From: Chitinivibrionales bacterium
GTDB lineage: Bacteria; Fibrobacterota; Chitinivibrionia; Chitinivibrionales; WJKA01
Assembly (NCBI GenBank): GCA_014728215.1
Contig: WJLZ01000133.1
Coordinates: 13,129-77,128, forward strand
Direction of reading: 5' to 3'
Length of the DNA stretch: 64,000 nucleotides
Part shown: in pieces, positions 17,630 to 26,489 of the stretch
How positions within the stretch are numbered: the stretch's first letter is position 1
Layout: every line of letters begins with the position of its first letter
Program-made: the position numbers and the translations under genes
Notes under the pieces: model-generated
What the model saw: the letters and a program-made list of their open reading frames with translations, nothing else
The model's database searches: none
Told to the model about the DNA's origin: nothing

Positions 17630-19084
17630 ATGCGCAAAAAACTTTCCTTATTCCTGCTCATAACCTGCATACCGGTCATCTTTTTCTGCACCAGCAGGGC
17701 GCTGCAACGGGCTGATCTCTTTTCCGACCTCACCCACGACGGAGACTATGTGGAGGGGGTGGAAAAAATCCGTCAGTCCAGGGACCTCTATGGAAATCTC
17801 AACCGTCTGCTGTATCATTACGACCAGGGGGTACTGTTTCACTATGCCGGGCTTTTCGATTCAAGTCTGGCGGAATTTCAGAAAGCAGAGCAGATATCCG
17901 AAGATCTCTATGCACGCTCGATTACCAACGAAGCTGCATCGCTTTTGACTAATGATAATCTCCGCCCCTACCGCGGCTGGCGCTTCGAGAGAATTCTTCT
18001 TCACCAGCTCATGTCGTTCAATTATCTCGGTAAGGATGAATACGATGAATCGCTGGTGGAGACACGCAAGGTCCAGCTGGTGATCGACAATTTTCGTTCT
18101 AAAGGCAAAGGGCGGGACAAATACCATGATGACGGCATGTCGCATTATTTTTCCTCCATTATCTACGCGGCACAGGGTGAACCGGACAATGCCCACATCT
18201 CGCTGTTCAAATCGGTGCGGGCCTACAAGGAAAGCCCGGTCGCGCTCCCCGATCCGGTGAAAAATCTGGCCTATTATGAATTCGAACAGGCGGACCGGGA
18301 AGAAGATATCAAGCTTTTAGAGTTGGAACCTGCTGCCGAACCCGAAAACATTCACCGTTTGACCGATGATCAAAGCGAAATAATCTTTGTTGGTTATGCC
18401 GGAAACTCGCCGATTTTAGGTGAAGTTGTCTGGTGGGGTACGTATGTTGTTGACGGCATGCTCCTTCTTCACCACCGCAATCCTCAGGGAGACACGGTAC
18501 TGGTTCGCTTGCCCGCACCACCGATTCCGGAGGTGGAAGAGGAGAAGCGGGAAGGCAAGAAAAAGGGAGAAAAGGTCAAGTCGGGACAGACATTTCATAT
18601 CAAATTCGCACTTCCCTCGCCGGTGTTCCGTAATTCCGAAACCAGCTATTTCACCATGTCGGTCGACTCGAGCCGGATTCCCCGGAAGTCTTTTGTTGTT
18701 TCCAATCTCGACAGGATTGTGGAAAAGGAGCTTCAGGATAATCAGCCGATAATTTTAGCCCGCACCGCTCTCCGGGTCGTGCTCCGGACCATTGCCGCCC
18801 AGAAAGCCAAAGCAAAAATGCAGACCGAAAACGGAATGGCCAACTTTCTCCTCAATGTGGGCGCCGATATTCTCTCGAGTCAGCTCGAAAAGGCCGATAC
18901 CCGAATCTGTTTTCTGCTTCCCAAGACAATTCAGTGCATCCGTATTCCGGTCGAACCCGGCACACACATTATCGATGCCGCTGCGCATACCTCAGGCGGC
19001 GCAATCGTTGCCGAAAAACACTGGAGCGAACTGACCGTTGCTCCGGGAGAGAAGAAGTTTGTGTTTTTTCCGAGTTTGCGGTGA
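17630..19084 (+). CDS. hypothetical lipoprotein, possibly COG3014-like partner of LpoB-type genes
   Basis: The ORF opens at a TTG at 17621 and the first ATG is at 17630. N-terminal signal with Cys (IFFCTS), and a TPR-like N-terminal half. The family assignment rests on gene-neighbourhood memory only. Confidence 0.4.
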   Translation: MRKKLSLFLLITCIPVIFFCTSRALQRADLFSDLTHDGDYVEGVEKIRQSRDLYGNLNRLLYHYDQGVLFHYAGLFDSSLAEFQKAEQISEDLYARSITNEAASLLTNDNLRPYRGWRFERILLHQLMSFNYLGKDEYDESLVETRKVQLVIDNFRSKGKGRDKYHDDGMSHYFSSIIYAAQGEPDNAHISLFKSVRAYKESPVALPDPVKNLAYYEFEQADREEDIKLLELEPAAEPENIHRLTDDQSEIIFVGYAGNSPILGEVVWWGTYVVDGMLLLHHRNPQGDTVLVRLPAPPIPEVEEEKREGKKKGEKVKSGQTFHIKFALPSPVFRNSETSYFTMSVDSSRIPRKSFVVSNLDRIVEKELQDNQPIILARTALRVVLRTIAAQKAKAKMQTENGMANFLLNVGADILSSQLEKADTRICFLLPKTIQCIRIPVEPGTHIIDAAAHTSGGAIVAEKHWSELTVAPGEKKFVFFPSLR

Positions 19085-19192
19085 CAGGATGGAACGGTTT
19101 ACAACAAAAGACCCTCCCAAGATGCTACCGGGAGCGAAACAACCATATAAGACGTGAAATTACGTTATGAGACGGGCATTATCTCTCTTTTT

Positions 19193-22027
19193 TTAAAACA
19201 TTTTCTTCAATTTCTTCACCGCGTTTTTCCCCGCATCCTTTGCTTCTTCTTTTGCTTTTTGCTCGGCTTTTTTGGCCTCTTCACGAGCTTTTGCTTCGGC
19301 TTCGGCCTTTTTACGGGCAGCTTCTTCGGCAGCTTTTTTCTTCTGTGCTTCGACGTTCCTTCGTTGCTCTTCGAGCTTTTTCTTTGCTAACTCTTCGGCT
19401 TCTTTTTTCTTCTGATTAATCTCGTCCTGGAGTTTTTCCTTGATCTGCTCTCGGGGCTTCTGTTCCTGTTTTTTACCGCCGCTGTCATAGCGTACCAGGG
19501 TGGGAGACGAAAATTTCGGCTTGGAGACTGTTCCGGTAATCTGAATCTTAAGCGTGGCCCGCCCCTGCTCGTCAAGATAGGTGCCGAAATCATCAACCAC
19601 GGAGCCGGGATCCACATATTGTGCCAGTCCCGAGGCTTTTGCAGCGGCTTGAAGTCCTTTTTTCGCCGCCCCGGTTGCTGCGTTTTCCATTTTCGCAACC
19701 GGCTTTGAGTGCTTTTTGGTAAGATAGTTCTTCAGGGTTATATCCAACGATGAATTAAACCCGATCGAGCCTTCGGCCAGCCAGTCACCGTAGGATGAAT
19801 TCAAATCGAAGTTTTTAAGGTGTACCAAGCGGTCGGCGATAGCGACCGTGAGTTTCATTTTTCTGAAATCAATCGCACCAAGGTTATAGAACTTGTCAAC
19901 AACTTTTGTCAGGCCTTCGAAAATAGAACCCCGCTCAATTTTGCCGTCTTTTAGCCGTGCTGTCAGTTCACCGTTGAGGTTGTCGGTCAACTCCTGCTGT
20001 GTCCCGCCATGGGTGGTCAAGTCTCCGTTAAGTGCGATTTTACCCGAAAGGGATTCGTCCAGTTTTTTGAGTTCTCCGAACAACACATTGCCATTATCAA
20101 GATATCCTTTGAAAGCCGTAATCAGTTCGCCGACCTGAATACCGTCGATACTGAGTTTGTTTTCGATTTGTGGATTTTCGATATTCTGCACATTGGCGTT
20201 CATGTCTTGAGTAAATGAGCCGCCAAAGAGGTTTGCTTGTACCGTCATGTCGATAATGTCGTTGATGCACTGGTAAGCAACCTTTACATTGCGGAGGTCC
20301 ATTTCCTGATAGATCATATGGTCGTTTGTAATCGTACCTTTCATGTCCAGGTTCGGAAGCGGCGATGCCAGAAGGAGTCCGGGTTCCTGGGTCGAAGATT
20401 TTTCTTCCGGCGCGTCTTCCGATGTTTCTTTTTCTTCAGATGCGGGAAGAATCTCATTGGTGTTGAGATAGGGTGAATTCAGATCGAACGTGAGCATGGG
20501 GCGGGGATAGTTCTTCGATGTATCCGGAATAGCAAGGGCGAGATAATCCTTGAGCTGTGCGGTAAGGTTCATCGATGATTTTCCGATATCAACAGCGAGT
20601 TTCTGGGCGATTTTATCGTTGGAAAAATCGAGGGAGCCGTTAAGTAGCACCGGTTGGACAACTGCCGGTGTTACTACCCTTACCTTTTGAAGCTCCACAT
20701 CACCGTTTACCGCAAGTTTGGTGGGATCGTTGGGATCGACCTGCCCTTTCGCTTGGACATCGGCGGTAATCATCCCGCCCAGATCGTTGCCTTCGGGGAG
20801 CTTGATAATATTTTTGATATCGTCGAGGTTCACTTTTGCATTCAACGCGGCGTCGACAACCGGCGAGGCGAAATTTTCCACCTGTGCTTTCAGATCAACC
20901 GGATTGGCGCCCAGCATGAGATGAAGTTTCGAGATATTCAGGCTGTTTGCGTTGAACGCGATGTTTGCATTCATATCGCTGATTTTCTGGGGCAGCTCGG
21001 TATAGTTGATTTCGCCGTTGTTGAGCACAAGGGTACCGTTGATATCCGGTCCTGCTGAGTCGAGTTCGCCTTTGACCGCAACATCGAGCCGAAGCGAGCC
21101 GGAACCTTTTGTCTTGGCGATCTCGGGAACCATGGCAACCGGAACTTCGGCCAGGATGTTCGCGAGGTCGAGTTTTTCGGTTTTGATCGCCAGATCGAGG
21201 GTGGGAGTCTGGTTGAAATTGGTGACCTTTCCGGTCATGGCGATATAGATTTCCTGCAACGAGGCTTTGATTTCGTTGATCGTGAGTGTGCCTTCAACCA
21301 GGTCTGCAACCAGATCGTGATTAAAGGTCACTACAAGGTCGGTAATCGGCTTGGGTACATCCTTTGAGTAGAACGAAATCTCTTTCATGGTAAGCTCACC
21401 GGTGGTTTTGATATCTTTCAGGCCCTTATCGGCTGATACATCCACGCGCTGATTGATCTTCCCCAGCCCGACCTTCATGTTGCTTTTCCGGTCGTGATAG
21501 ATCACCGAGCCGTCGTCGATGATAAATTTCTCCATGACAAGCGGTACCGGAATTCCTCCCGCACCTTCAGGCTTCTCTTTTTCGGGCTTTTCTTCTTTGG
21601 TGGTGTCTTTTGCCACTACCGCAAGGTCATCGAAATTGAACGAGCCTGTGTGGTCGGTCTCCACCAGGATATGCGGTGACGTCAGTATTATTTCATCGAT
21701 CTGAAGATCCCGTTTGAGCAGGGGCAGCACCTTGACCTTTACAATGAACCCTTCGAGGGTGACAAAAGGTTCATCACTGAACCCTTCACGCTGCGTATTG
21801 GCGATCTGAAGGTTCCGGATTTTCACGCCCAGATAAGGAAACACCGCCAGCCCGATCCGTTCGATCTCGACATCGCGGCCTAATGCCTTTTCGATATGCG
21901 GCATGGTCATCGCTTTGAGCTTTGACGGCGGAAACATGATTTTCAAGGTAACACCCGCGGCAACAAGCAGGACAACGATAATAACCAGGATAATTCCGAT
22001 AATTTTTGCAGGGCTCTTTTTGGCCAT
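19193..22027 (-). CDS. AsmA family protein
   Basis: 944 aa. N-terminal membrane anchor (IIGIILVIIVVLLVAAGV), AsmA-like N-terminal motif (IERIGLAVFPYLGVKIRNLQIAN), a long beta-rich body, and a Lys/Glu/Ala low-complexity C-tail. Confidence 0.8.
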   Translation of the reverse strand: MAKKSPAKIIGIILVIIVVLLVAAGVTLKIMFPPSKLKAMTMPHIEKALGRDVEIERIGLAVFPYLGVKIRNLQIANTQREGFSDEPFVTLEGFIVKVKVLPLLKRDLQIDEIILTSPHILVETDHTGSFNFDDLAVVAKDTTKEEKPEKEKPEGAGGIPVPLVMEKFIIDDGSVIYHDRKSNMKVGLGKINQRVDVSADKGLKDIKTTGELTMKEISFYSKDVPKPITDLVVTFNHDLVADLVEGTLTINEIKASLQEIYIAMTGKVTNFNQTPTLDLAIKTEKLDLANILAEVPVAMVPEIAKTKGSGSLRLDVAVKGELDSAGPDINGTLVLNNGEINYTELPQKISDMNANIAFNANSLNISKLHLMLGANPVDLKAQVENFASPVVDAALNAKVNLDDIKNIIKLPEGNDLGGMITADVQAKGQVDPNDPTKLAVNGDVELQKVRVVTPAVVQPVLLNGSLDFSNDKIAQKLAVDIGKSSMNLTAQLKDYLALAIPDTSKNYPRPMLTFDLNSPYLNTNEILPASEEKETSEDAPEEKSSTQEPGLLLASPLPNLDMKGTITNDHMIYQEMDLRNVKVAYQCINDIIDMTVQANLFGGSFTQDMNANVQNIENPQIENKLSIDGIQVGELITAFKGYLDNGNVLFGELKKLDESLSGKIALNGDLTTHGGTQQELTDNLNGELTARLKDGKIERGSIFEGLTKVVDKFYNLGAIDFRKMKLTVAIADRLVHLKNFDLNSSYGDWLAEGSIGFNSSLDITLKNYLTKKHSKPVAKMENAATGAAKKGLQAAAKASGLAQYVDPGSVVDDFGTYLDEQGRATLKIQITGTVSKPKFSSPTLVRYDSGGKKQEQKPREQIKEKLQDEINQKKKEAEELAKKKLEEQRRNVEAQKKKAAEEAARKKAEAEAKAREEAKKAEQKAKEEAKDAGKNAVKKLKKMF

Positions 22028-22115
22028 GATACGGCTCCTTTCGGGGAGGGTTTTTTAAATGATATCAAAAAATATATATGGTAAGGGGGTGAAGGGGAAA
22101 TTTAATCGTCCTCGT

Positions 22116-22142
22116 TCTACAGCCATGCCGCCTCTGACGAGG
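22116..22142 (+). repeat. intergenic repeat family R1, copy 1 (TCTACAGCCATGCCGCCTCTGACGAGG)
   Basis: The 27-mer is identical to 28168-28194 and differs by one base from 28992-29018. Flanks are also related: CGTT on the left, GAGG(C/T)T(G/A)AA.A..GGG on the right. Confidence 0.9.
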
Positions 22143-22551
22143 TTAAAAGATGAGGGATGCCTGTCGGTTCGTTTCCGAACCCTTCCCTCGTGCGCTCGTG
22201 ACCTCGTCCCCCAAATTGCCTCCCCCCCACACAACAATTATATTGATTTAGGCTAAGGCGCAGGAAGGCTCTCCAACCGAGGCTTGGGAGTGTTGGAAAA
22301 TCCGAACGCAAAAAAAAGATTTTCTGCCGGTGAAAACAGACAATTCCGTTGTGTAGGTCTCTTTTAGATAAGCCGCCGGCTTCGGCGGGGGCATCTCCGT
22401 TTTTATCCCGCCGAAAAAGAGTATTTATCACGGCAGACAACTACATATTTCTATCACCCGAACGCACTCCGGCGGGAGAGAATATACAATTTTTTGCCGC
22501 CGGCTTGTTTGCGTGCCGCATGGGCCGAGCCGGGCCTATATGGAGGAGTAT

Positions 22552-25494
22552 ATGGCAAAGAAGCGCAAAGAATCGGACACAAATCAAACATCGAAGAAAA
22601 AGCAGAACCCGGCTTTGCAAAAGGCACCTGAAGGCAGTTCGACACAGCGGGAGTCATTTCCGGTTGTCGGCCTGGGGTCGTCGGCCGGCGGGCTCGAGGC
22701 GCTGCAGATATTTTTCAGTCATATGCCCGTTGACAGCGGCATGGCTTTTGTGGTGGTGACACACCAGCATCCGGGGCATGAGAGTGTTCTTCCGGAGCTG
22801 TTGCGCAGAGAAACCGATATGCCGGCGCATGAGATCACCGACGGCATGAGCATCGAGCCCGATCAGGTCTATGTTCTCGGGCCCGGCAGCCATGTAACTA
22901 TCGATCGAGGGGTGCTCCACTTGATGGAGAGGGGGCATGCCGGAGGGCATGATGCGCCGATCGATATCTTTTTCCGCTCGCTTGCCCATGACATGCATGA
23001 GCGGGCGATTGCTATCGTCCTCTCCGGAACCGGTTCTGACGGTACGTTGGGAATCAAGGAGGTCAAGGCCCAGGGCGGCATGATCGTTGTTCAGGAGCCG
23101 TCCGCTGCAAAATATGGCGGTATGCCGACCAGCGCGCGGGATACGGGTGTTGTGGATTTTATCGAGCCGCCGGAAAAGATGCCGGAATGTATGCAGAATT
23201 ATGCCAATGGCCCGTATCTTCAGCCAAGAACACCGCAAGAAGATGATCGTTTCACCGACAAAGATCTTGAGGCGATTTTACGATTTATCCGCTCACGGAT
23301 CGGTCATGATTTTTCTTCGTATAAGCGCAGCACCATCCACCGGCGTATCGAGCGCCGCATGAGTGTCCACGGCCTGGAAAAAGCACAGGACTACCTCGAT
23401 TTTCTCCATGAAAACCGTCAGGAAACGCAGATGCTGTTTTCTGAATTGTTAATCAGCGTGACCAGCTTTTTCAGGGATCCCGAGGCCTTTAAACTACTGC
23501 AGGAGAAATATCTTACCGAACTGGTCGTATCCCGTCCCGACAACCACGAGTTCCGTGTCTGGGTGCCGGGCTGTGCCACGGGGGAAGAAGTTTACAGCAT
23601 CGCGATCATTCTTTCTGATATCAAGCAGAAGTCCCGGAAACCGATAACGTTCAGTGTTTTCGGCACCGATCTTGATGAAAGGGCCATCCAGCGCGCCCGG
23701 CGGGGGGTATATCCCGAAAGTATTTCGGTTGATGTTTCCCCCGAGCGGCTGGAGCGTTATTTCAGCCGTGAAGGCGAGGACATGTATTCGGTCCGGAAAA
23801 GTATCAGGGACATGCTGGTGTTTGCGCCTCATAACGTGCTCAGCGATCCGCCGTTTCTGAAAATCGATCTGCTGGTGTGCCGCAATCTGTTGATCTATCT
23901 CCAGCAGGACCTCCAAAAGCTGCTTCTGCCGACCTTTCACTATGCATTGGCACCGGGCGGCATTCTGTTTTTAGGCTCTTCCGAGAGTGTCGGGCCCCAT
24001 ACCGATCTTTTCGAATCGCTGGATACCCGCTGGAAAATATACCGCCGCAAGGATGTGCCGACCGAACTGCCGAGACTGCCTGCCCAGCCGGGGAAGCATG
24101 AGGCTGAGGCGCAGGCGGAACGAGAGCAGCCCGGCCCGCCCCGTCAGTTGCAAACAAACCGTCGGATCGAGCGCCTCCTGCTCAGTCGATTTGCCCCGGT
24201 CAGCATTGTGGCCGATCGTAACGGCACTATCGTGTATATCCACGGAAGAACCGGTTTTTATCTTGAGCCCGAAGAGCAGAACCCACAAAACAATATCATC
24301 GAGATGGCCCGTGAAGGGCTGCGTCTTCCCCTCTCCGCCGCCATTCATCATGTCCAGACAAAAGACCAGGAAATTACGCGACGCGCAGTCAGGGTCAAGA
24401 CAAACGGAACCTACCTGAGCGTCGATCTAACCGTCTCTCCCATACAGGAACCCGAATCACTCCGCGGTCTGCTGCTGATTACGCTCACACGAGCCGCTCC
24501 TCCTTCCAAAGCTCCCGAGACGGAAAAGGCCGAAGGTGAAAACGAAGTTCCTCCCGAGCGGGTCGAAGAACTCGAAAAGGAACTGCTCTCGGTCAGAGAA
24601 TCGAATCAGACCATGATTGAAGAGCTCCAGTCGAGCAACGAAGAACTGCAGAGTTCCAACGAAGAGCTGCAATCGACCAACGAAGAGCTTCAGAGCTCCA
24701 AGGAAGAGATGGAGTCGCTCAATGAAGAGCTTACCACGGTAAACAATGAACTTGACAGTAAGGTGGTTGACCTGCGGCAGGCGCACGATGACATGCGTAA
24801 CCTGCTCAACAGCACCGATCTGGGAGTGATATTCCTGGACCAGCAACTGCGGGTGAAACGGTATACCGAGAAGGTGCGGGGCCTGATCAGTTTCAGGGAT
24901 TCCGATATCGGCCGTCCCATCGGCGACCTGTCCGCCCAGTTGAAATACGATAATCTGCTCGAAGACTGCAAAAACGTTCTGAACACCCTGGTGCGGAAGG
25001 AAATTGAGGTCGCTACAAAAGACGGCACCTGGCACCTCATGCGGATTCTCCCCTATCGTACCGCCGAGAATGTTATCGGCGGCGTGGTGATAACATTTGT
25101 TGACATATCGCGTCTGAAGGAAAGCGAAAGTCATGCCGAATCAATGGGGTTTTTTTATGATATTGTCAATACTATCGGAGAACCGCTTATTCTGCTCGAC
25201 AAAAACATGCATGTGCAGTATGTCAACAATGCCTTTATCGGTACTTTTGCAACCAGCTTCGAAAAGGTGCGCGGCAAAAAAATCTACGATCTCGGCAACG
25301 GCCAATGGGATATCCCGCAATTTCACGCCCTGCTGGAAGAAATCCTGCCTAAAAATACGGAGTTCAACGATTTTAAGGTTGAGCATGACTTTCCGGCTAT
25401 CGGTCGCCGGACATTCCTGCTCAATTGCCGCCGCCTCAAACGCGCCGAAGGCGCCGAGGAGTTGATTTTTCTGGCAATGAAAGAGAAGGAGTGA
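22552..25494 (+). CDS. CheB methylesterase / CheR methyltransferase fusion protein with coiled coil and PAS domains
   Basis: The ORF opens at 22513. The ATG at 22552 follows GGAGGAG. Domains in order:
- CheB-like: FPVVGLGSSAGGLEAL, GTGSDG.
- CheR-like SAM methyltransferase: FFRD, VWVPGCATGEEVYS, CRNLLIY.
- Heptad repeat: EELQSSNEELQSSNEELQSTNEELQSSKEE.
- Two or three PAS-like regions.
There is no kinase output domain. Confidence 0.88.
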   Translation: MAKKRKESDTNQTSKKKQNPALQKAPEGSSTQRESFPVVGLGSSAGGLEALQIFFSHMPVDSGMAFVVVTHQHPGHESVLPELLRRETDMPAHEITDGMSIEPDQVYVLGPGSHVTIDRGVLHLMERGHAGGHDAPIDIFFRSLAHDMHERAIAIVLSGTGSDGTLGIKEVKAQGGMIVVQEPSAAKYGGMPTSARDTGVVDFIEPPEKMPECMQNYANGPYLQPRTPQEDDRFTDKDLEAILRFIRSRIGHDFSSYKRSTIHRRIERRMSVHGLEKAQDYLDFLHENRQETQMLFSELLISVTSFFRDPEAFKLLQEKYLTELVVSRPDNHEFRVWVPGCATGEEVYSIAIILSDIKQKSRKPITFSVFGTDLDERAIQRARRGVYPESISVDVSPERLERYFSREGEDMYSVRKSIRDMLVFAPHNVLSDPPFLKIDLLVCRNLLIYLQQDLQKLLLPTFHYALAPGGILFLGSSESVGPHTDLFESLDTRWKIYRRKDVPTELPRLPAQPGKHEAEAQAEREQPGPPRQLQTNRRIERLLLSRFAPVSIVADRNGTIVYIHGRTGFYLEPEEQNPQNNIIEMAREGLRLPLSAAIHHVQTKDQEITRRAVRVKTNGTYLSVDLTVSPIQEPESLRGLLLITLTRAAPPSKAPETEKAEGENEVPPERVEELEKELLSVRESNQTMIEELQSSNEELQSSNEELQSTNEELQSSKEEMESLNEELTTVNNELDSKVVDLRQAHDDMRNLLNSTDLGVIFLDQQLRVKRYTEKVRGLISFRDSDIGRPIGDLSAQLKYDNLLEDCKNVLNTLVRKEIEVATKDGTWHLMRILPYRTAENVIGGVVITFVDISRLKESESHAESMGFFYDIVNTIGEPLILLDKNMHVQYVNNAFIGTFATSFEKVRGKKIYDLGNGQWDIPQFHALLEEILPKNTEFNDFKVEHDFPAIGRRTFLLNCRRLKRAEGAEELIFLAMKEKE

Positions 25495-25636
25495 GGAGAA
25501 TGACGGGAAGATGATGTGGCTGATCAGAGGAGAGAGGGATAAATTTTATAATTTGTAAATAAGAATGAATTGGAAATGCAAAATCAAAATTGTTTCTATA
25601 TTCTCGCTTCAGTATTCATATGGTTCCCGAACTATG

Positions 25637-26245
25637 CCGTAGCCCGATCATCAGGGAGGGCAAAATAGCATGAATGCTACCAGCGCGACGCATAAACACT
25701 CATACAATCCGATAGGACCGGTGGCATATTTCATTACATTCCGCTGCTATGGAACATGGCTGCATGGAGATAAGCGAGGCTCAATGGACCGAATATCGCA
25801 TAATAAGCCGGGAATACCTCTTCTGCCGTCTTCGCATGCCAGGCAGCGACAAGAACGCAAGCAGATGAAACATCCGCCTGTGCTATTCACTCCGCAGCAA
25901 CGGCTTGTTGTCGATAGAACAATTCGGAGTGTGGTCGAGTATAATCGATGGTTGCTTCATGCCTTGCGGGTTATGCAGGATCATGTTCATGTCATATTAA
26001 CGGCCGGCAAAAACCCGGAGCTGGTGATGAATAGTCTTAAATCGTGGTGCACAAGGAGACTGCGTGAAGGTGGATTCATCGAAGAAACGACAAAGCCATG
26101 GTCGCGGCATGGAAGCACACGATATCTATGGAACGAAGACGAATTAAAAAAGGCGTGCTTATATGTAAATGAAGGTCATAAAGAAAACAACAGATGATCG
26201 GTATGCTGCGCATAACACAAGCCCTCCTTAACAGTCGGGCTACTG
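25637..26245 (+). mobile_element. REP-RAYT unit: Y1 transposase gene flanked by inverted REP-like 25-mers
   Basis: CCGTAGCCCGATCATCAGGGAGGGC (25637-25661, +) lies upstream. The reverse complement of 26221-26245, CAGTAGCCCGACTGTTAAGGAGGGC, lies downstream. The two are in inverted orientation around the transposase CDS. Confidence 0.6.
25670..26197 (+). CDS. IS200-like Y1 (HUH) transposase, REP-associated tyrosine transposase (RAYT) type
   Basis: 175 aa. Motifs YFITFRCYGTWLHGD, the HUH motif HVHVIL, and C-terminal tyrosines (RYLW...ACLYV). A single gene with no tnpB. By eye its GC is lower than that of its neighbours. Confidence 0.75.
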   Translation: MNATSATHKHSYNPIGPVAYFITFRCYGTWLHGDKRGSMDRISHNKPGIPLLPSSHARQRQERKQMKHPPVLFTPQQRLVVDRTIRSVVEYNRWLLHALRVMQDHVHVILTAGKNPELVMNSLKSWCTRRLREGGFIEETTKPWSRHGSTRYLWNEDELKKACLYVNEGHKENNR

Positions 26246-26340
26246 CATTCGTCGGTTGGAATATTCAAGTTATACTATAATGCAAATACAGGGAATGATC
26301 GTTTTAATAGAATGTCGCGACTGAGAATAAGGAATTATAC

Positions 26341-26450
26341 AAAATCCGTAGCCTGCAATGGGAAGAGGACCATAAATTAAAATCCGTAGCCTGCAATGGG
26401 AAGAGGACCATAAATTAAAATCCGTAGCCCGACTGTTAAGGAGGGCCATA
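26341..26450 (+). repeat. tandem array of REP-like units (2 x 38 bp plus one variant)
   Basis: AAAATCCGTAGCCTGCAATGGGAAGAGGACCATAAATT occurs at 26341-26378 and again, identically, at 26379-26416. The third unit, AAAATCCGTAGCCCGACTGTTAAGGAGGGCCATA, is at 26417-26450. Positions 26424-26446 are the perfect reverse complement of 26221-26243. Confidence 0.9.
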
Positions 26451-26489
26451 TTGCCGTTTAAGGAAATCAAAAGCTCCAGGACACCACCA

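Noticed and set aside
19154-19450. Low-complexity stretch and the plus-strand ORF 19154-19390, which is rich in Phe, Leu and Cys.
   Set aside because: This is the antisense of the Lys/Glu/Ala-rich C-terminal tail of the AsmA-family protein. It is not a separate gene or a non-coding repeat.
22131-22160. CUGACGAG inside the R1 repeat (also at 28183 and 29007) resembles the CUGANGA core of hammerhead ribozymes.
   Set aside because: After the motif I could not find a stem II followed by GAAA, nor a paired stem I/III with a UH cleavage site, in any of the three copies. The downstream sequences also differ between copies.
22055-22440. Small ORFs across the repeat copies (22055-22237, 22117-22440, 28044-28292, 28054-28245, 28904-29314), which share an ...LVRGG(D)MAV... 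peptide.
   Set aside because: The shared peptide is just the translation of the conserved R1 nucleotide repeat. The ORFs are Arg/Pro/Gly-rich with no start context, and some overlap real genes.
24610-24720. Four imperfect 21-bp tandem repeats (GAGCTCCAGTCGAGCAACGAA-like).
   Set aside because: This is the coding sequence for the EELQSxNEEL heptad coiled coil, which is a conserved feature of CheB/CheR-PAS fusion proteins, not an independent repeat element.
26451-26489. TTG-initiated N-terminal extension of the PAS kinase (MPFKEIKSSRTPP) called by the ORF track.
   Set aside because: The extension begins directly after the third REP-like unit. The in-frame ATG at 26490 is a more plausible start, although this is unproven.
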